A DNA stretch of 64,000 nt from Microgenomates group bacterium Gr01-1014_7 (GTDB lineage: Bacteria > Patescibacteriota > Microgenomatia > Daviesbacterales > UBA10151), in contig VMGD01000001.1 of assembly GCA_007376405.1 (NCBI GenBank), positions 2,891 through 66,890 on the forward strand. Direction: 5' to 3'. The notes beneath the pieces were generated by a model that saw nothing but the letters and a program-made list of their open reading frames with translations, made no database searches and was not told the origin of the DNA. Below are positions 1 to 9,208 of this stretch, piece after piece. Positions within the stretch are counted from its first letter, which is position 1, and each line of letters starts with the position of its first letter. A program made the position numbers and the translations under genes.

Positions 1-948
1 CTGCCCTTTAAACCAACTAATATATTTTTGTAAACCATCAAGTAAAGAAGTTCTCGGTTGGTAATTTAATATTCTTTGAGCTTTACTAATATCTGCGAAG
101 GTTATCGGAGGATCACCAAGCTGTTCTGGTAATTTGAATACTTTAGCTTTCTTTCCTAAAACTTTTTCAAGCATTTGTACTAGCTTAAGCAGTTCCACTG
201 GTTCATTATTACCCAAATTAATAATTTCATACTGCGAACTAGAATAATCTAAAGTAGCTACAATACCAGAAACAACATCGTCAATAAATGTGTAATCTCT
301 TTTAGTTTTTCCCTCACCATAAATAGTAATGGGCTTACCTTTGGAAATTAATTTAGTAAATTTATGAATTACTAAATCTGGTCTTTGTTTTGGACCATAA
401 ACAGAAAAAAATCTAAGACCTATAAATTGCAAATTATATAACTTTGAATATACCTGTCCAAGTAATTCACCAGAAATCTTGGTAAAACCGTAAGGGTTAA
501 TCGGCATAAGTACACGATCATCTTCCCGCCATGGAACATTTGGATTTACTCCATACACACTACTTGATGAAGCAAAAATAAATTGTTTACATTTTAACTG
601 CTTAGCAAGTTCCAGTAGATTTTGCGTCCCTCCTATATTCACTTCTGTATAAATTTTTGGATCAACTAAGCTTGACCCTATCCCCACTTTGGCTGCTAAA
701 TGAATAATAATGTCGAATTTTTTGGTTAATTTGGATTTCAACTTAGGGAAATTACGAATATCTGCTTGTATGAAATTAAAATTAGGGTTTTTAAGAAAAG
801 GTTTAATATTTTCTTTTTTAACTTTTGAATTATAAAAAGGGTCAAAGTTATCTAAGCACGTAATTCTTAAGTTAGGATCTTCTATTAATTTGTTTATTAG
901 ATTACTTCCAATAAATCCTGCACCACCTGTTATGAGTATCTGTTTCAC
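1..948 (-). CDS. NAD-dependent epimerase/dehydratase (UDP-glucuronate 4-epimerase-like), 3' end runs off the window
   Basis: Manual translation from GTG at 948: [32 protein letters not shown] (YxxxK), YGPKQRPDL; reads ...LQKYISWFKGQ at base 1 with no stop. Confidence 0.85.
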   Translation of the reverse strand, partial: MKQILITGGAGFIGSNLINKLIEDPNLRITCLDNFDPFYNSKVKKENIKPFLKNPNFNFIQADIRNFPKLKSKLTKKFDIIIHLAAKVGIGSSLVDPKIYTEVNIGGTQNLLELAKQLKCKQFIFASSSSVYGVNPNVPWREDDRVLMPINPYGFTKISGELLGQVYSKLYNLQFIGLRFFSVYGPKQRPDLVIHKFTKLISKGKPITIYGEGKTKRDYTFIDDVVSGIVATLDYSSSQYEIINLGNNEPVELLKLVQMLEKVLGKKAKVFKLPEQLGDPPITFADISKAQRILNYQPRTSLLDGLQKYISWFKGQ

Positions 949-954
949 CCCAAC

Positions 955-1006
955 ATAATACTTTACTGGCTTTCGTATTGTCAAAATACTCTATAATTAC
1001 CATAAT
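955..1006. promoter_or_regulatory. Bidirectional sigma70-type promoter with overlapping -35 boxes
   Basis: Plus: TTGTCA 978-983, 17 bp, CATAAT 1001-1006, 6 nt, ATG 1013. Minus: TTGACA 984-979, 18 bp, TATTAT 960-955, 6 nt, GTG 948. Confidence 0.65.
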
Positions 1007-1012
1007 AACTCT

Positions 1013-2056
1013 ATGGAAGAAAAATTTGTAAGAATTTTCCCTAATAACGTTAAAAAATACCTCCGAAATTCAATGTTTGGTACTCAAAAAAATAAGGAGA
1101 TTGAGATTCCAGTTTTTGCACAGTTGAGAAATTTCTTAAGCCAAAGAAATATATACATAAATACTTATGATGTTTCCACAAAAAAGCCTCCTTATAGAAA
1201 TATCCACTTTGATTTACCTTATCCTTTTCCTTCAAACTTCCCTATTTGGAAAATAATCTTTTTAAATAGAAGGAAAAATATACTTATATGTACAGAGCCA
1301 CCAATGGTAAACCCTTTTAATTATATGAAAATATTTCATACTTTTTTTATAAAAGTTTATACTTGGAATGATGAGTTAGTAGATTATATAAAATATTTCA
1401 AAACTAATCTACCTAAATCTAGTTTAGGAATTAAGACTAAAGCTAAGAAATTTAAGGAGAAGAAGTTTTTAATCTTAATTAACAAAAACATCCTACCATT
1501 TTATCCGTTTAAAATATTTAAGCCTTTTGGTAAGGAGCTATATTCTGAAAGAATTAAGGCAATTGAGTTTTTCGAAGAAAATATTCCGGACAAGTTTTTT
1601 TTATATGGTAAAGGTTGGAATAAACCCAAAAAATATAATTTAAAGGAATCTATCTTTGGCTTCAAAAAATATTCAACTTATAAGGGGGAGGTTGGTAATA
1701 AAATTGAACTTTTATCCAATTTTAAATTTTGTATTTGTTTTGAAAATCTAACAGATATCAAAGGATACATTACTGAAAAGATATTTGACTGCTTTAAGGC
1801 CAGATGTGTTCCTATCTATTTGGGGGCTTCTAATATAGAAAAGTATATACCAAAAGGTTGCTTCGTCGATTTCAGGGATTTTGGCAACTATGAAGAGTTA
1901 CTTAACTTTCTTGCCTCGATTGATGAAAATAGATATAATTGCTACATTGAAAACATTGAAAGGTTGTTAGCAGACAAAAAATTTATTAATTTATGGTTTG
2001 AAGATGGCTTTTCAAAATTCTTTTTAGAAGATATTTTAGAAATTAAACAAGGCTAA
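1013..2056 (+). CDS. Glycosyltransferase family 10 (alpha-1,3-fucosyltransferase-like, GDP-sugar donor)
   Basis: GT10 motif FKFCICFEN...GYITEKIFDCF...VPIYLG. Confidence 0.85.
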   Translation: MEEKFVRIFPNNVKKYLRNSMFGTQKNKEIEIPVFAQLRNFLSQRNIYINTYDVSTKKPPYRNIHFDLPYPFPSNFPIWKIIFLNRRKNILICTEPPMVNPFNYMKIFHTFFIKVYTWNDELVDYIKYFKTNLPKSSLGIKTKAKKFKEKKFLILINKNILPFYPFKIFKPFGKELYSERIKAIEFFEENIPDKFFLYGKGWNKPKKYNLKESIFGFKKYSTYKGEVGNKIELLSNFKFCICFENLTDIKGYITEKIFDCFKARCVPIYLGASNIEKYIPKGCFVDFRDFGNYEELLNFLASIDENRYNCYIENIERLLADKKFINLWFEDGFSKFFLEDILEIKQG

Positions 2057-2061
2057 ATAGC

Positions 2062-2089
2062 TTGCTTTAGGGCAATTATCTGATATAAT
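2062..2089 (+). promoter_or_regulatory. Promoter of the 2098-14968 operon (extended -10)
   Basis: TTGCTT 2062-2067, 16 bp, TGa-TATAAT 2084-2089, ATG 8 nt downstream. Confidence 0.6.
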
Positions 2090-2097
2090 TCCAAACT

Positions 2098-3090
2098 ATG
2101 TTTAAGAAAGTTTTAATAACTGGCATTACCGGTTTTGTTGGAAGCCACTTGGCGGAATATATTTTAAAAGAACATAAAGATACAAAGATTTATGGACTTG
2201 TAAGGTGGCGATCGCCAAAAGATAATATTTTAGGGATCATGGATCAAATTAATTTATGTTTAGGGGACTTAGAAGATTATAGTTCTTTAGAAAAAATACT
2301 CTCAGAAGTAAAACCTGATGTTATATTTCACCTTGCTGCTCAATCATATGTAGATTTTAGTTTTATTGCCCCAATATCAACTTTACAAGCAAATGTAATC
2401 GGTACAGCTAATTTGCTTGAATCCATTAAAAATCTTAAATTGCAAGAAAAATATGATCCGATTATTCATATTTGTAGTTCTTCTGAAGTTTATGGACAGG
2501 TCAAAGAAGATGAAATTCCAATCAAAGAAACAAATTCTTTTCGGCCAGCATCACCTTATGCTGTTTCTAAAGTTGGGGAGGATATGTTGGCCCTGCAATA
2601 CTTTTTATCCTGGAAAATAAAAACAATCAGAACAAGGATGTTTACTCATGAGGGACCAAGAAGAGGAGAAGTTTTTGCTCCTTCTAATTTTGCTAAACAA
2701 GTTGCTGCAATAGAAGCAGATAAACAAAAGCCTGTTGTGATGGTTGGAAATTTAAATAGTGTAAGAACCTTTATGGATGTGCGGGATGCTGTAAGCGCAT
2801 ATTGGTTGCTTGTAAATAAATGTACCCCGGGAGAGGTTTACAACATAGGCGGTGTAGAGACTATGACTATTGGGGATATGTTAAAAAAACTCATCAGTTT
2901 TTCCAAAAAGAAAAATATCAAAATAGAAGTAGATCCCAAACGCTTACGCCCCTCTGATGTTACTCTACAAATACCCTCAGTTAAGAAGTTTGTTCAACAA
3001 ACCAATTGGAAGCCAAACATAAAGTTTGATCAAACTTTAAAAGATATGCTGGATTACTGGAGAGATTATTATAAGAAAATTTATGAATAG
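2098..3090 (+). CDS. GDP-mannose/GDP-manno-heptose 4,6-dehydratase (DmhA/DdahA/WcbK-like)
   Basis: GITGFVG, FHLAAQSY, CSSSEVYG, SPYAVSK, THEGPRRG; RWRSP.DN and YDPIIHICSS segments resemble heptose dehydratases. Confidence 0.85.
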   Translation: MFKKVLITGITGFVGSHLAEYILKEHKDTKIYGLVRWRSPKDNILGIMDQINLCLGDLEDYSSLEKILSEVKPDVIFHLAAQSYVDFSFIAPISTLQANVIGTANLLESIKNLKLQEKYDPIIHICSSSEVYGQVKEDEIPIKETNSFRPASPYAVSKVGEDMLALQYFLSWKIKTIRTRMFTHEGPRRGEVFAPSNFAKQVAAIEADKQKPVVMVGNLNSVRTFMDVRDAVSAYWLLVNKCTPGEVYNIGGVETMTIGDMLKKLISFSKKKNIKIEVDPKRLRPSDVTLQIPSVKKFVQQTNWKPNIKFDQTLKDMLDYWRDYYKKIYE

Positions 3091-4057
3091 AAAAAAAATA
3101 ATTTTAAATCTTTTTAAAAAAGCTTATTTAATAAGGACTACTGAGGAGTTAATCATTAAACACTATGATAATAATGAGATGAAAACACCAATGCATATGT
3201 CTATGGGGGAGGAAGCAATTATGGCTGGTGTTTGTACTGCACTGGGAAAAAACTCACAAACTTTTGGGACTTATAGAAGTCATGGTTTATACCTTGCAGT
3301 TACAGAAGAAACTGATAAATTTTTTGCCGAAATGTATGGTAAGGTAACAGGAGTTTTAAAAGGAAAAAGTGGTTCTATGCACCTTTTATCACCCAGTGAT
3401 GGCTTACTGGGGATTTCTGCGGTTGTTGGCAGTACTATACCTTTGGCAGTTGGTGCAGCATTTGCCAATATATACCTTAAAAAAAAGCAGATAACGACAG
3501 TCTTTTTTGGTGATGGTGCAGTTGATGAAGGCGTTTTTTGGGAAAGTTTAAACATTGCTTGTTCTAAAGGTCTTCCCGTACTTTTTGTTTGTGAAGATAA
3601 TGGTTATGCAGTACATACTCCTCTTTCAGCAAGGCGTGGATACAAAAGTTTAACCAATATAGTTAAACAATATTCCTGCTCTGTTTTTGAAACAGATTCT
3701 ACTGATGCGGAACAAATCTATAAACTTTCTTTAGAGGCTATTAATTCAATTCAAAAAAAACACCGACCAGCATTTTTACATCTGAAATACTATCGCTATT
3801 TGGAACATGTTGGTGTCCATGAAGATTTTCATGCAGGTTATCGAACTAAATTAGAATTTATGGAGTGGCAAAAAAAAGATCCGGTTAAGTTATTAAGAAA
3901 TAAATTAAAAGACGTAAAGGTGAAAGATATGGATATTATCGAACTTGAAGAACGTATTAACAAGCAAGTGGAAGAGAGTTTGCAGAAAGCGAAAAAGGCT
4001 CCATTCCCTGATCCTTCAGAACTTTTAAAAAATACATTTTATGAACAAACAGCTTAA
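3083..4057 (+). CDS. ThDP-dependent dehydrogenase E1 alpha-like subunit
   Basis: TYRSHG, GSMH, GDGAVDEG...EDNGYA ThDP motif. Confidence 0.9.
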   Translation: MNRKKIILNLFKKAYLIRTTEELIIKHYDNNEMKTPMHMSMGEEAIMAGVCTALGKNSQTFGTYRSHGLYLAVTEETDKFFAEMYGKVTGVLKGKSGSMHLLSPSDGLLGISAVVGSTIPLAVGAAFANIYLKKKQITTVFFGDGAVDEGVFWESLNIACSKGLPVLFVCEDNGYAVHTPLSARRGYKSLTNIVKQYSCSVFETDSTDAEQIYKLSLEAINSIQKKHRPAFLHLKYYRYLEHVGVHEDFHAGYRTKLEFMEWQKKDPVKLLRNKLKDVKVKDMDIIELEERINKQVEESLQKAKKAPFPDPSELLKNTFYEQTA

Positions 4058-5105
4058 ACTGGCAACAAAAAAAATTTCTTACCGGACTGCAATTAACCAA
4101 GCTCTTCACCAAGAAATGGAGCGAGATAACTCAATTTTCACATATGGAATTGATGTCGCAGACCATAAAAGAATATTTGGTTCAACAACGGGACTTCTAG
4201 AAACATTTGGTCCTCAACGTGTTTTCTCTACTCCACTTTCTGAAGAAGCACTGTTAGGCTTCGGCTTAGGAGCAGCTATAAATGGTTTACGACCAATTAA
4301 TGTCCACATTAGAGTTGATTTTCTGCTTTTAGCTATTAATCAACTTGTAAATATGGTTGCAAGTTATCACTACGGTTCAGATGGAAAATTACAAGTTCCT
4401 TTAGTTATCCGAGCAATTATCGGCAAAGGTTGGGGTCAATCGTACCAACATAGTAAAAGCTTACAATCATTTTTTGCTCACATCCCAGGATTGAAAGTAG
4501 TTATGCCGACTACACCGGCTGACGCTAAAGGATTGTTAATATCTGCTATAAGGGATAATAATCCTGTAGTAGTTTTAGAACATCGGATGCTTTACGACGT
4601 TGAAGATGAGGTACCTATTAAACCTATACCTACACCACTGGGTAAAGGACAAATCCTGAAAATAGGGACAGATATTACAATTATTGCTACTTCCTACTCT
4701 GTAGTTTCCGCAGTGCAAGCTGCTAAAGTTTTAGAAAAACAAGGTGTGAGTGTGGAAGTAGTTGATCCACGTTCTATCTTCCCTTTGGATGAAAATCTTA
4801 TTATAAAATCTGTTGAAAAAACCGGTCATTGTATTATTGCAGATTATGACTGGACTTTTTGCGGGTTTTCCGCTGAATTAGCTACCAGAATTTATGAAAA
4901 GTTATCTCACAAATTAAAATCTGAAGTAATGCGATTAGGATTTGCACCCACCCATTGTCCCAGTACAAGACCGTTAGAAAATGAATTTTATACAGACTCG
5001 ATTGATTTAATAAGGGCTGTTGAAAAAAAACTCAAGCTGAAGGAGATGGATTTATCACAAGAAACTTTTTATAGTTATGAAAATCAATTCAGGGGACCCT
5101 TTTGA
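4041..5105 (+). CDS. ThDP-dependent dehydrogenase E1 beta-like subunit
   Basis: STPLSE, GLRP, QHS, HIPGLKVVMP, DAKGLL, VEVVDPRSIFPLD. Confidence 0.9.
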   Translation: MNKQLKLATKKISYRTAINQALHQEMERDNSIFTYGIDVADHKRIFGSTTGLLETFGPQRVFSTPLSEEALLGFGLGAAINGLRPINVHIRVDFLLLAINQLVNMVASYHYGSDGKLQVPLVIRAIIGKGWGQSYQHSKSLQSFFAHIPGLKVVMPTTPADAKGLLISAIRDNNPVVVLEHRMLYDVEDEVPIKPIPTPLGKGQILKIGTDITIIATSYSVVSAVQAAKVLEKQGVSVEVVDPRSIFPLDENLIIKSVEKTGHCIIADYDWTFCGFSAELATRIYEKLSHKLKSEVMRLGFAPTHCPSTRPLENEFYTDSIDLIRAVEKKLKLKEMDLSQETFYSYENQFRGPF

Positions 5106-5926
5106 TGCTAAAATTTCCACATCTTAAAGATGCAGCAAGAAAAATAAGGCTTAACTGCCTAAAGATGCAGCATATTGCTTATCAAGGACATTTAGGAGGA
5201 GCCTTTTCTGTAACTGAAATATTAGTTGCCCTTTATTACTGCGGTATTATTAATATTTCACCAAAAAATTTTAATGATCCAAAAAGAGATAGGATTATTT
5301 TTAGTAAAGGACACGCTTGTTTGTCCCTTTATGCTGTTCTAGCAGATAAGGGATTTTTTCCAAAAGCAGAATTAGAAAGATACGGTCAAAACGGCACTTT
5401 TTTGGGCGGTCACCCGGATCACTTGATACCTGGAGTAGAAGTATCTTCCGGATCTTTAGGTCACGGTCTAGGAATTGGCGCAGGCATGGCAATTGCCGCA
5501 AAATTAAACGATCAAAAGTATTTGACTTATGTCATTTTAGGGGATGGTGAGTGTACTGAAGGATCCATTTGGGAAGCAATTGCCTTTGCTGTTGTGCAAA
5601 ATCTTAACAATCTTATCGCAATTGTTGATAATAACCAAATCGCGGCAACTTCAAAAACGCAAAAGTTTGTTGGATCTTCTCTTTTAGAAAATAAATGGAA
5701 ATCTTTTGGCTGGGATACTTTATCAATAGATGGGAATAATATTTCGGAAATTATTAACGCGTTAAAAAAATCGAAAATGCATTCTACTAGTAAAAAACCG
5801 CTTGCAATTATAGCTAATACAATCAAAGGAAAAGGTGTGTTTTTTATGGAAGGTGATCCTAAATGGCATCACGGCGTTGCAAATGATACCCAGTATGAAC
5901 AGGCAAGAAAGGAGCTAAGTAAATGA
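5105..5926 (+). CDS. Transketolase, N-terminal (ThDP-binding) subunit
   Basis: GHLGG, SKGHA, GSLGHG, GDGECTEGSIWEA, KWHHG; ATG 5105 overlaps the upstream TGA. Confidence 0.92.
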   Translation: MLKFPHLKDAARKIRLNCLKMQHIAYQGHLGGAFSVTEILVALYYCGIINISPKNFNDPKRDRIIFSKGHACLSLYAVLADKGFFPKAELERYGQNGTFLGGHPDHLIPGVEVSSGSLGHGLGIGAGMAIAAKLNDQKYLTYVILGDGECTEGSIWEAIAFAVVQNLNNLIAIVDNNQIAATSKTQKFVGSSLLENKWKSFGWDTLSIDGNNISEIINALKKSKMHSTSKKPLAIIANTIKGKGVFFMEGDPKWHHGVANDTQYEQARKELSK

Positions 5927-6873
5927 ACAAAATAACCGCTCCGAAACGGAAATACCAGGATATGCGCGATGCCTTTTTTGAAGAGCTATTTCAGATTGCA
6001 TCTATAGACAGAGATGTAATACTTTTGATGGCTGACCAGGGGGCGCAGACTATGAAAAAATTTGAAGAAAAAATTCCTGATCAATTAATAAATGTAGGCA
6101 TAGCGGAGCAAAACATGATTTCCGTAGCTGCTGGACTAGCTTTGTGTGGGAAAAAAGTGTTTGTCCATGCTATTGCAAACTTCACTACACTAAGGTGTTA
6201 TGAGCAGATAAAAGTTGATCTTTCAATAATGAATTTACCCGTTACAATTGCTGGAGTCGGTGCAGGATTTACTTATGGAAGCGATGGACCAACACATCAC
6301 GCTAATCAGGATATTGCTGCAATGCGGGCAATCCCAGGAATAAGAATTTTAAACGCTTCTGATATTGTAAGCTTATCCGCTTTTCCTCACCTAGCATACC
6401 AAATTCCCAAGTTGACATATATCCGATTTGATAAAGGTAACTATATTGCCCTTTATAATAAAAATCATAATTTTCTAGATGGAATGTATGAGGTTGTAAA
6501 GGGAACAGATACGGTAATTATCTCTACAGGAATAATGGTTCATCAAGCTGTAAAAATTGCAAATCAGTTTAAATCGAAAGTTGGTGTAATTGATATCTAT
6601 CAACTTAAGCCATTAAATGAAGAAAAATTACATAAACTCCTCTCTTCTTATAAAAAAATCGTTGTTCTGGAAGAACATCTATCTTATGGTGGATTAGCAA
6701 CAATAGTGGCTGATATGCTGGCAGATTACTCTTTAAATAAAGGCTTTTTAAGGATTGGCTTACCGGATGAAAATATCTTTATTTATGGGGATAGAAATTA
6801 TATGCACAAGCAAATTGGAATATCTTACCCTCAAATTATTAAAAAAATTGACAAATTCCTGAAAGATAAATGA
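5923..6873 (+). CDS. Transketolase, C-terminal (pyrimidine-binding) subunit
   Basis: VGIAEQNM, DGPTHH, YIR, LEEH...GGL. Confidence 0.92.
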   Translation: MNKITAPKRKYQDMRDAFFEELFQIASIDRDVILLMADQGAQTMKKFEEKIPDQLINVGIAEQNMISVAAGLALCGKKVFVHAIANFTTLRCYEQIKVDLSIMNLPVTIAGVGAGFTYGSDGPTHHANQDIAAMRAIPGIRILNASDIVSLSAFPHLAYQIPKLTYIRFDKGNYIALYNKNHNFLDGMYEVVKGTDTVIISTGIMVHQAVKIANQFKSKVGVIDIYQLKPLNEEKLHKLLSSYKKIVVLEEHLSYGGLATIVADMLADYSLNKGFLRIGLPDENIFIYGDRNYMHKQIGISYPQIIKKIDKFLKDK

Positions 6874-7808
6874 ACAATAAAAAAACTTTTAATTTAACAT
6901 CGAAATCATTTGCTAAAATTTTTAACACAAAGGAGGATACTCTTCCACTTATTGCCAAACAAGCAATCAAAAAAGCAAATTTTAAATACAAAAAAGTTGA
7001 AAATAAAGAATATGATGAAGCTATTTTAAGAATAATCAGAACTCTAGATTCAAGAATCTTAAAAGCTGCTGGACCTCACAGGCAAATTGACTGGGAGAAG
7101 GGCTGGGAAGAAAATTTACAGGAATTTATCCGAGGTAAACGTGATTTAAATCAACTAATCCCAAAATTTGTAAAGAAAGGTGCATACATTAGGTTCCAGG
7201 GTAACTTTATCAAACCTGAAAGTGATTTATTCGAAACAGATTTTGTAACTGTATTGAGGTATTACCTTTTTAGTAAGTATTACAAAAATACAGATACACT
7301 TTATGAATTTGGTGTAGGATCAGGGTTAAATTTAGTAGCAGCATCAGAAATTTTTCCTGAAATGAAATTGGTAGGTCTGGATTGGGCAAGCTCATCTGTA
7401 GAAATTCTAAATTCTTTAAAACAAAAATTGAAAATAAATATTTCCGGAAAAAGAATGGATTTTTTTAATCCGGATGGAGAATATCGCCTTAATAAAGACT
7501 CTGCAATTCTGACTATTGGTACATTAGAGCAATTAGGAGAAAATTTTAAACCCTTTATAAACTACTTACTGAAAAATAAACCCAAAGTTTGTATCCATAT
7601 AGAAACACTTTATGAAGTTTACGATCAGAGCAATTTATTGGATTATTTAGCAATAAAATACTTGGAAAAAAGAAATTACTTAAGGGGTTTTTTACCCTAT
7701 TTAAAAAATCTCGAAGCAAAAAAGAAAATAAGAATACTTGAAATGAGGAGAACTTTTGGTTCTTTTTACCATGAGGGGTATACTTATACAGTTTGGAGAC
7801 CAATTTAG
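6870..7808 (+). CDS. Class I SAM-dependent methyltransferase with N-terminal extension
   Basis: YEFGVGSG motif I, VGLDW motif II. Confidence 0.7.
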   Translation: MNNKKTFNLTSKSFAKIFNTKEDTLPLIAKQAIKKANFKYKKVENKEYDEAILRIIRTLDSRILKAAGPHRQIDWEKGWEENLQEFIRGKRDLNQLIPKFVKKGAYIRFQGNFIKPESDLFETDFVTVLRYYLFSKYYKNTDTLYEFGVGSGLNLVAASEIFPEMKLVGLDWASSSVEILNSLKQKLKINISGKRMDFFNPDGEYRLNKDSAILTIGTLEQLGENFKPFINYLLKNKPKVCIHIETLYEVYDQSNLLDYLAIKYLEKRNYLRGFLPYLKNLEAKKKIRILEMRRTFGSFYHEGYTYTVWRPI

Positions 7809-7811
7809 CAA

Positions 7812-8780
7812 ATGAGCAATTTTTATAAAAGAAAAAAGGTTTTGGTAGCAGGCGGTACAGGAATGATTGGAATCTGTATGGTAAATAAACTTTTACAATA
7901 TGGTTGCGAAATCACCATTGCATCCTTAGAATCAAAAGAGTACGCAGAAAAATTATTTGGGAAAAAAGTTAGATTTATCCAAACTGATTTAACAGATTTT
8001 GAAAACTGTCTGAAAGTTACCAAGAAACAAGAGTTAGTTTTTAATCTTGTAGGAATTAAAGGATCCGTCGGTATAGGACAAACAAAAATAGCCAGCTTTT
8101 TAGTACCAATGCTTCGTTTTCAGACTAATTTAATGGACGCATCATTTAAAAATGAGGCAAAAGGTTTTCTGTTTGCCAGCAGTATTTGTGCATACCCACA
8201 ATCTGATAAACCTAAAACTGAGGATAGTGTTTGGGATGGACAACCGAAACAAAATGATCGCATCCCAGGTTTAGCCAAAAGAATTGGTGAGGTTCAAGGT
8301 GAGGCATATCTACATGAATTTGGTTGGAAGGCAGTCAAAATTGTCCGACCCTCTAATGTTTTCGGACCCTTTGACGATTTTAATCCAAATACAGCCCAAA
8401 TTATTCCAGCTTTAATTGCCAGGATGGTTGGCAGAGAAAATCCAGTGAAAGTTTGGGGGGATGGTTCTGCTATCAGAGATTTTATTTTTGTAGAAGATGT
8501 GGCAGATGGGATGCTTTTGGCGATGGAAAAAGCAAATCCTGCAGATCCACTTAATGTAGGGTCTGGTAAAGGAATAACTATAAAACAAATCGCTGAAACA
8601 ATCGCCAAAAATGTTCCTCAAAAACCTGAAATTGAATGGGATAAAACAAAACCCACCGGTGATCCATTCAGAATACTCTCTATGCAAAAAACAAAGAAGA
8701 TATTAAAATTTACACCAAAGTATACTCTAGAGGATGGAATTAAAAAAACTATTGGCTGGTACTTAAAAAATCGAGTATGA
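7812..8780 (+). CDS. GDP-L-fucose synthase-like extended SDR (atypical, no catalytic Tyr)
   Basis: GGTGMIG, SSICAYP, RPSNVFGPFDDF, VWGDGSAIRDFI; PGLAK where YxxxK is expected. Confidence 0.85.
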   Translation: MSNFYKRKKVLVAGGTGMIGICMVNKLLQYGCEITIASLESKEYAEKLFGKKVRFIQTDLTDFENCLKVTKKQELVFNLVGIKGSVGIGQTKIASFLVPMLRFQTNLMDASFKNEAKGFLFASSICAYPQSDKPKTEDSVWDGQPKQNDRIPGLAKRIGEVQGEAYLHEFGWKAVKIVRPSNVFGPFDDFNPNTAQIIPALIARMVGRENPVKVWGDGSAIRDFIFVEDVADGMLLAMEKANPADPLNVGSGKGITIKQIAETIAKNVPQKPEIEWDKTKPTGDPFRILSMQKTKKILKFTPKYTLEDGIKKTIGWYLKNRV

Positions 8781-9208
8781 AAAATCCGAAAACTAACAAC
8801 CAAAGAGAATTTTTACCAACTTTTGCTGACTTAGTTGATACTCTTTCCATTGATCAGATCAAAGAGATTAAACTGAAAAATAAAGAAAGCTACGCTCAAG
8901 AAATGAACAAGATCTCGTATGATATTGATTTACTTATTAAAGAAAAGGATATCAAACCGTCTGCGAAACTGATCAGACTAGTAATTATAATTGCTCAAGT
9001 GAATCTTTTTATTTGGGAAAACAAGGATAAAATGAAACAAGATCCGAAACAATATGATAAGTTACTAAAATTATCCCATCAGTTAAATGGAATAAGAAAT
9101 AGAATGAAAAATCTATTACTTGAAGAAAGTGGCGAAAAAGAACCGAGCAAAAAAAGAACCAATATTGAAACTGAAGGTTTAAAAGGTTGGGAAAGCTCAC
9201 TTAAATGA
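8777..9208 (+). CDS. Hypothetical helical protein (DUF6165/DUF4254-like)
   Basis: Coupled by ATGA overlaps on both sides; pattern DLVD.LSI..IK ... N..IW ... N..R...K recalled from DUF6165-type proteins. Confidence 0.6.
   Translation: MKNPKTNNQREFLPTFADLVDTLSIDQIKEIKLKNKESYAQEMNKISYDIDLLIKEKDIKPSAKLIRLVIIIAQVNLFIWENKDKMKQDPKQYDKLLKLSHQLNGIRNRMKNLLLEESGEKEPSKKRTNIETEGLKGWESSLK

Noticed and set aside
3083-5105. Central-metabolism pyruvate dehydrogenase (pdhAB)
   Set aside because: No E2/E3 nearby and the genes are embedded in a sugar operon; symbol withheld
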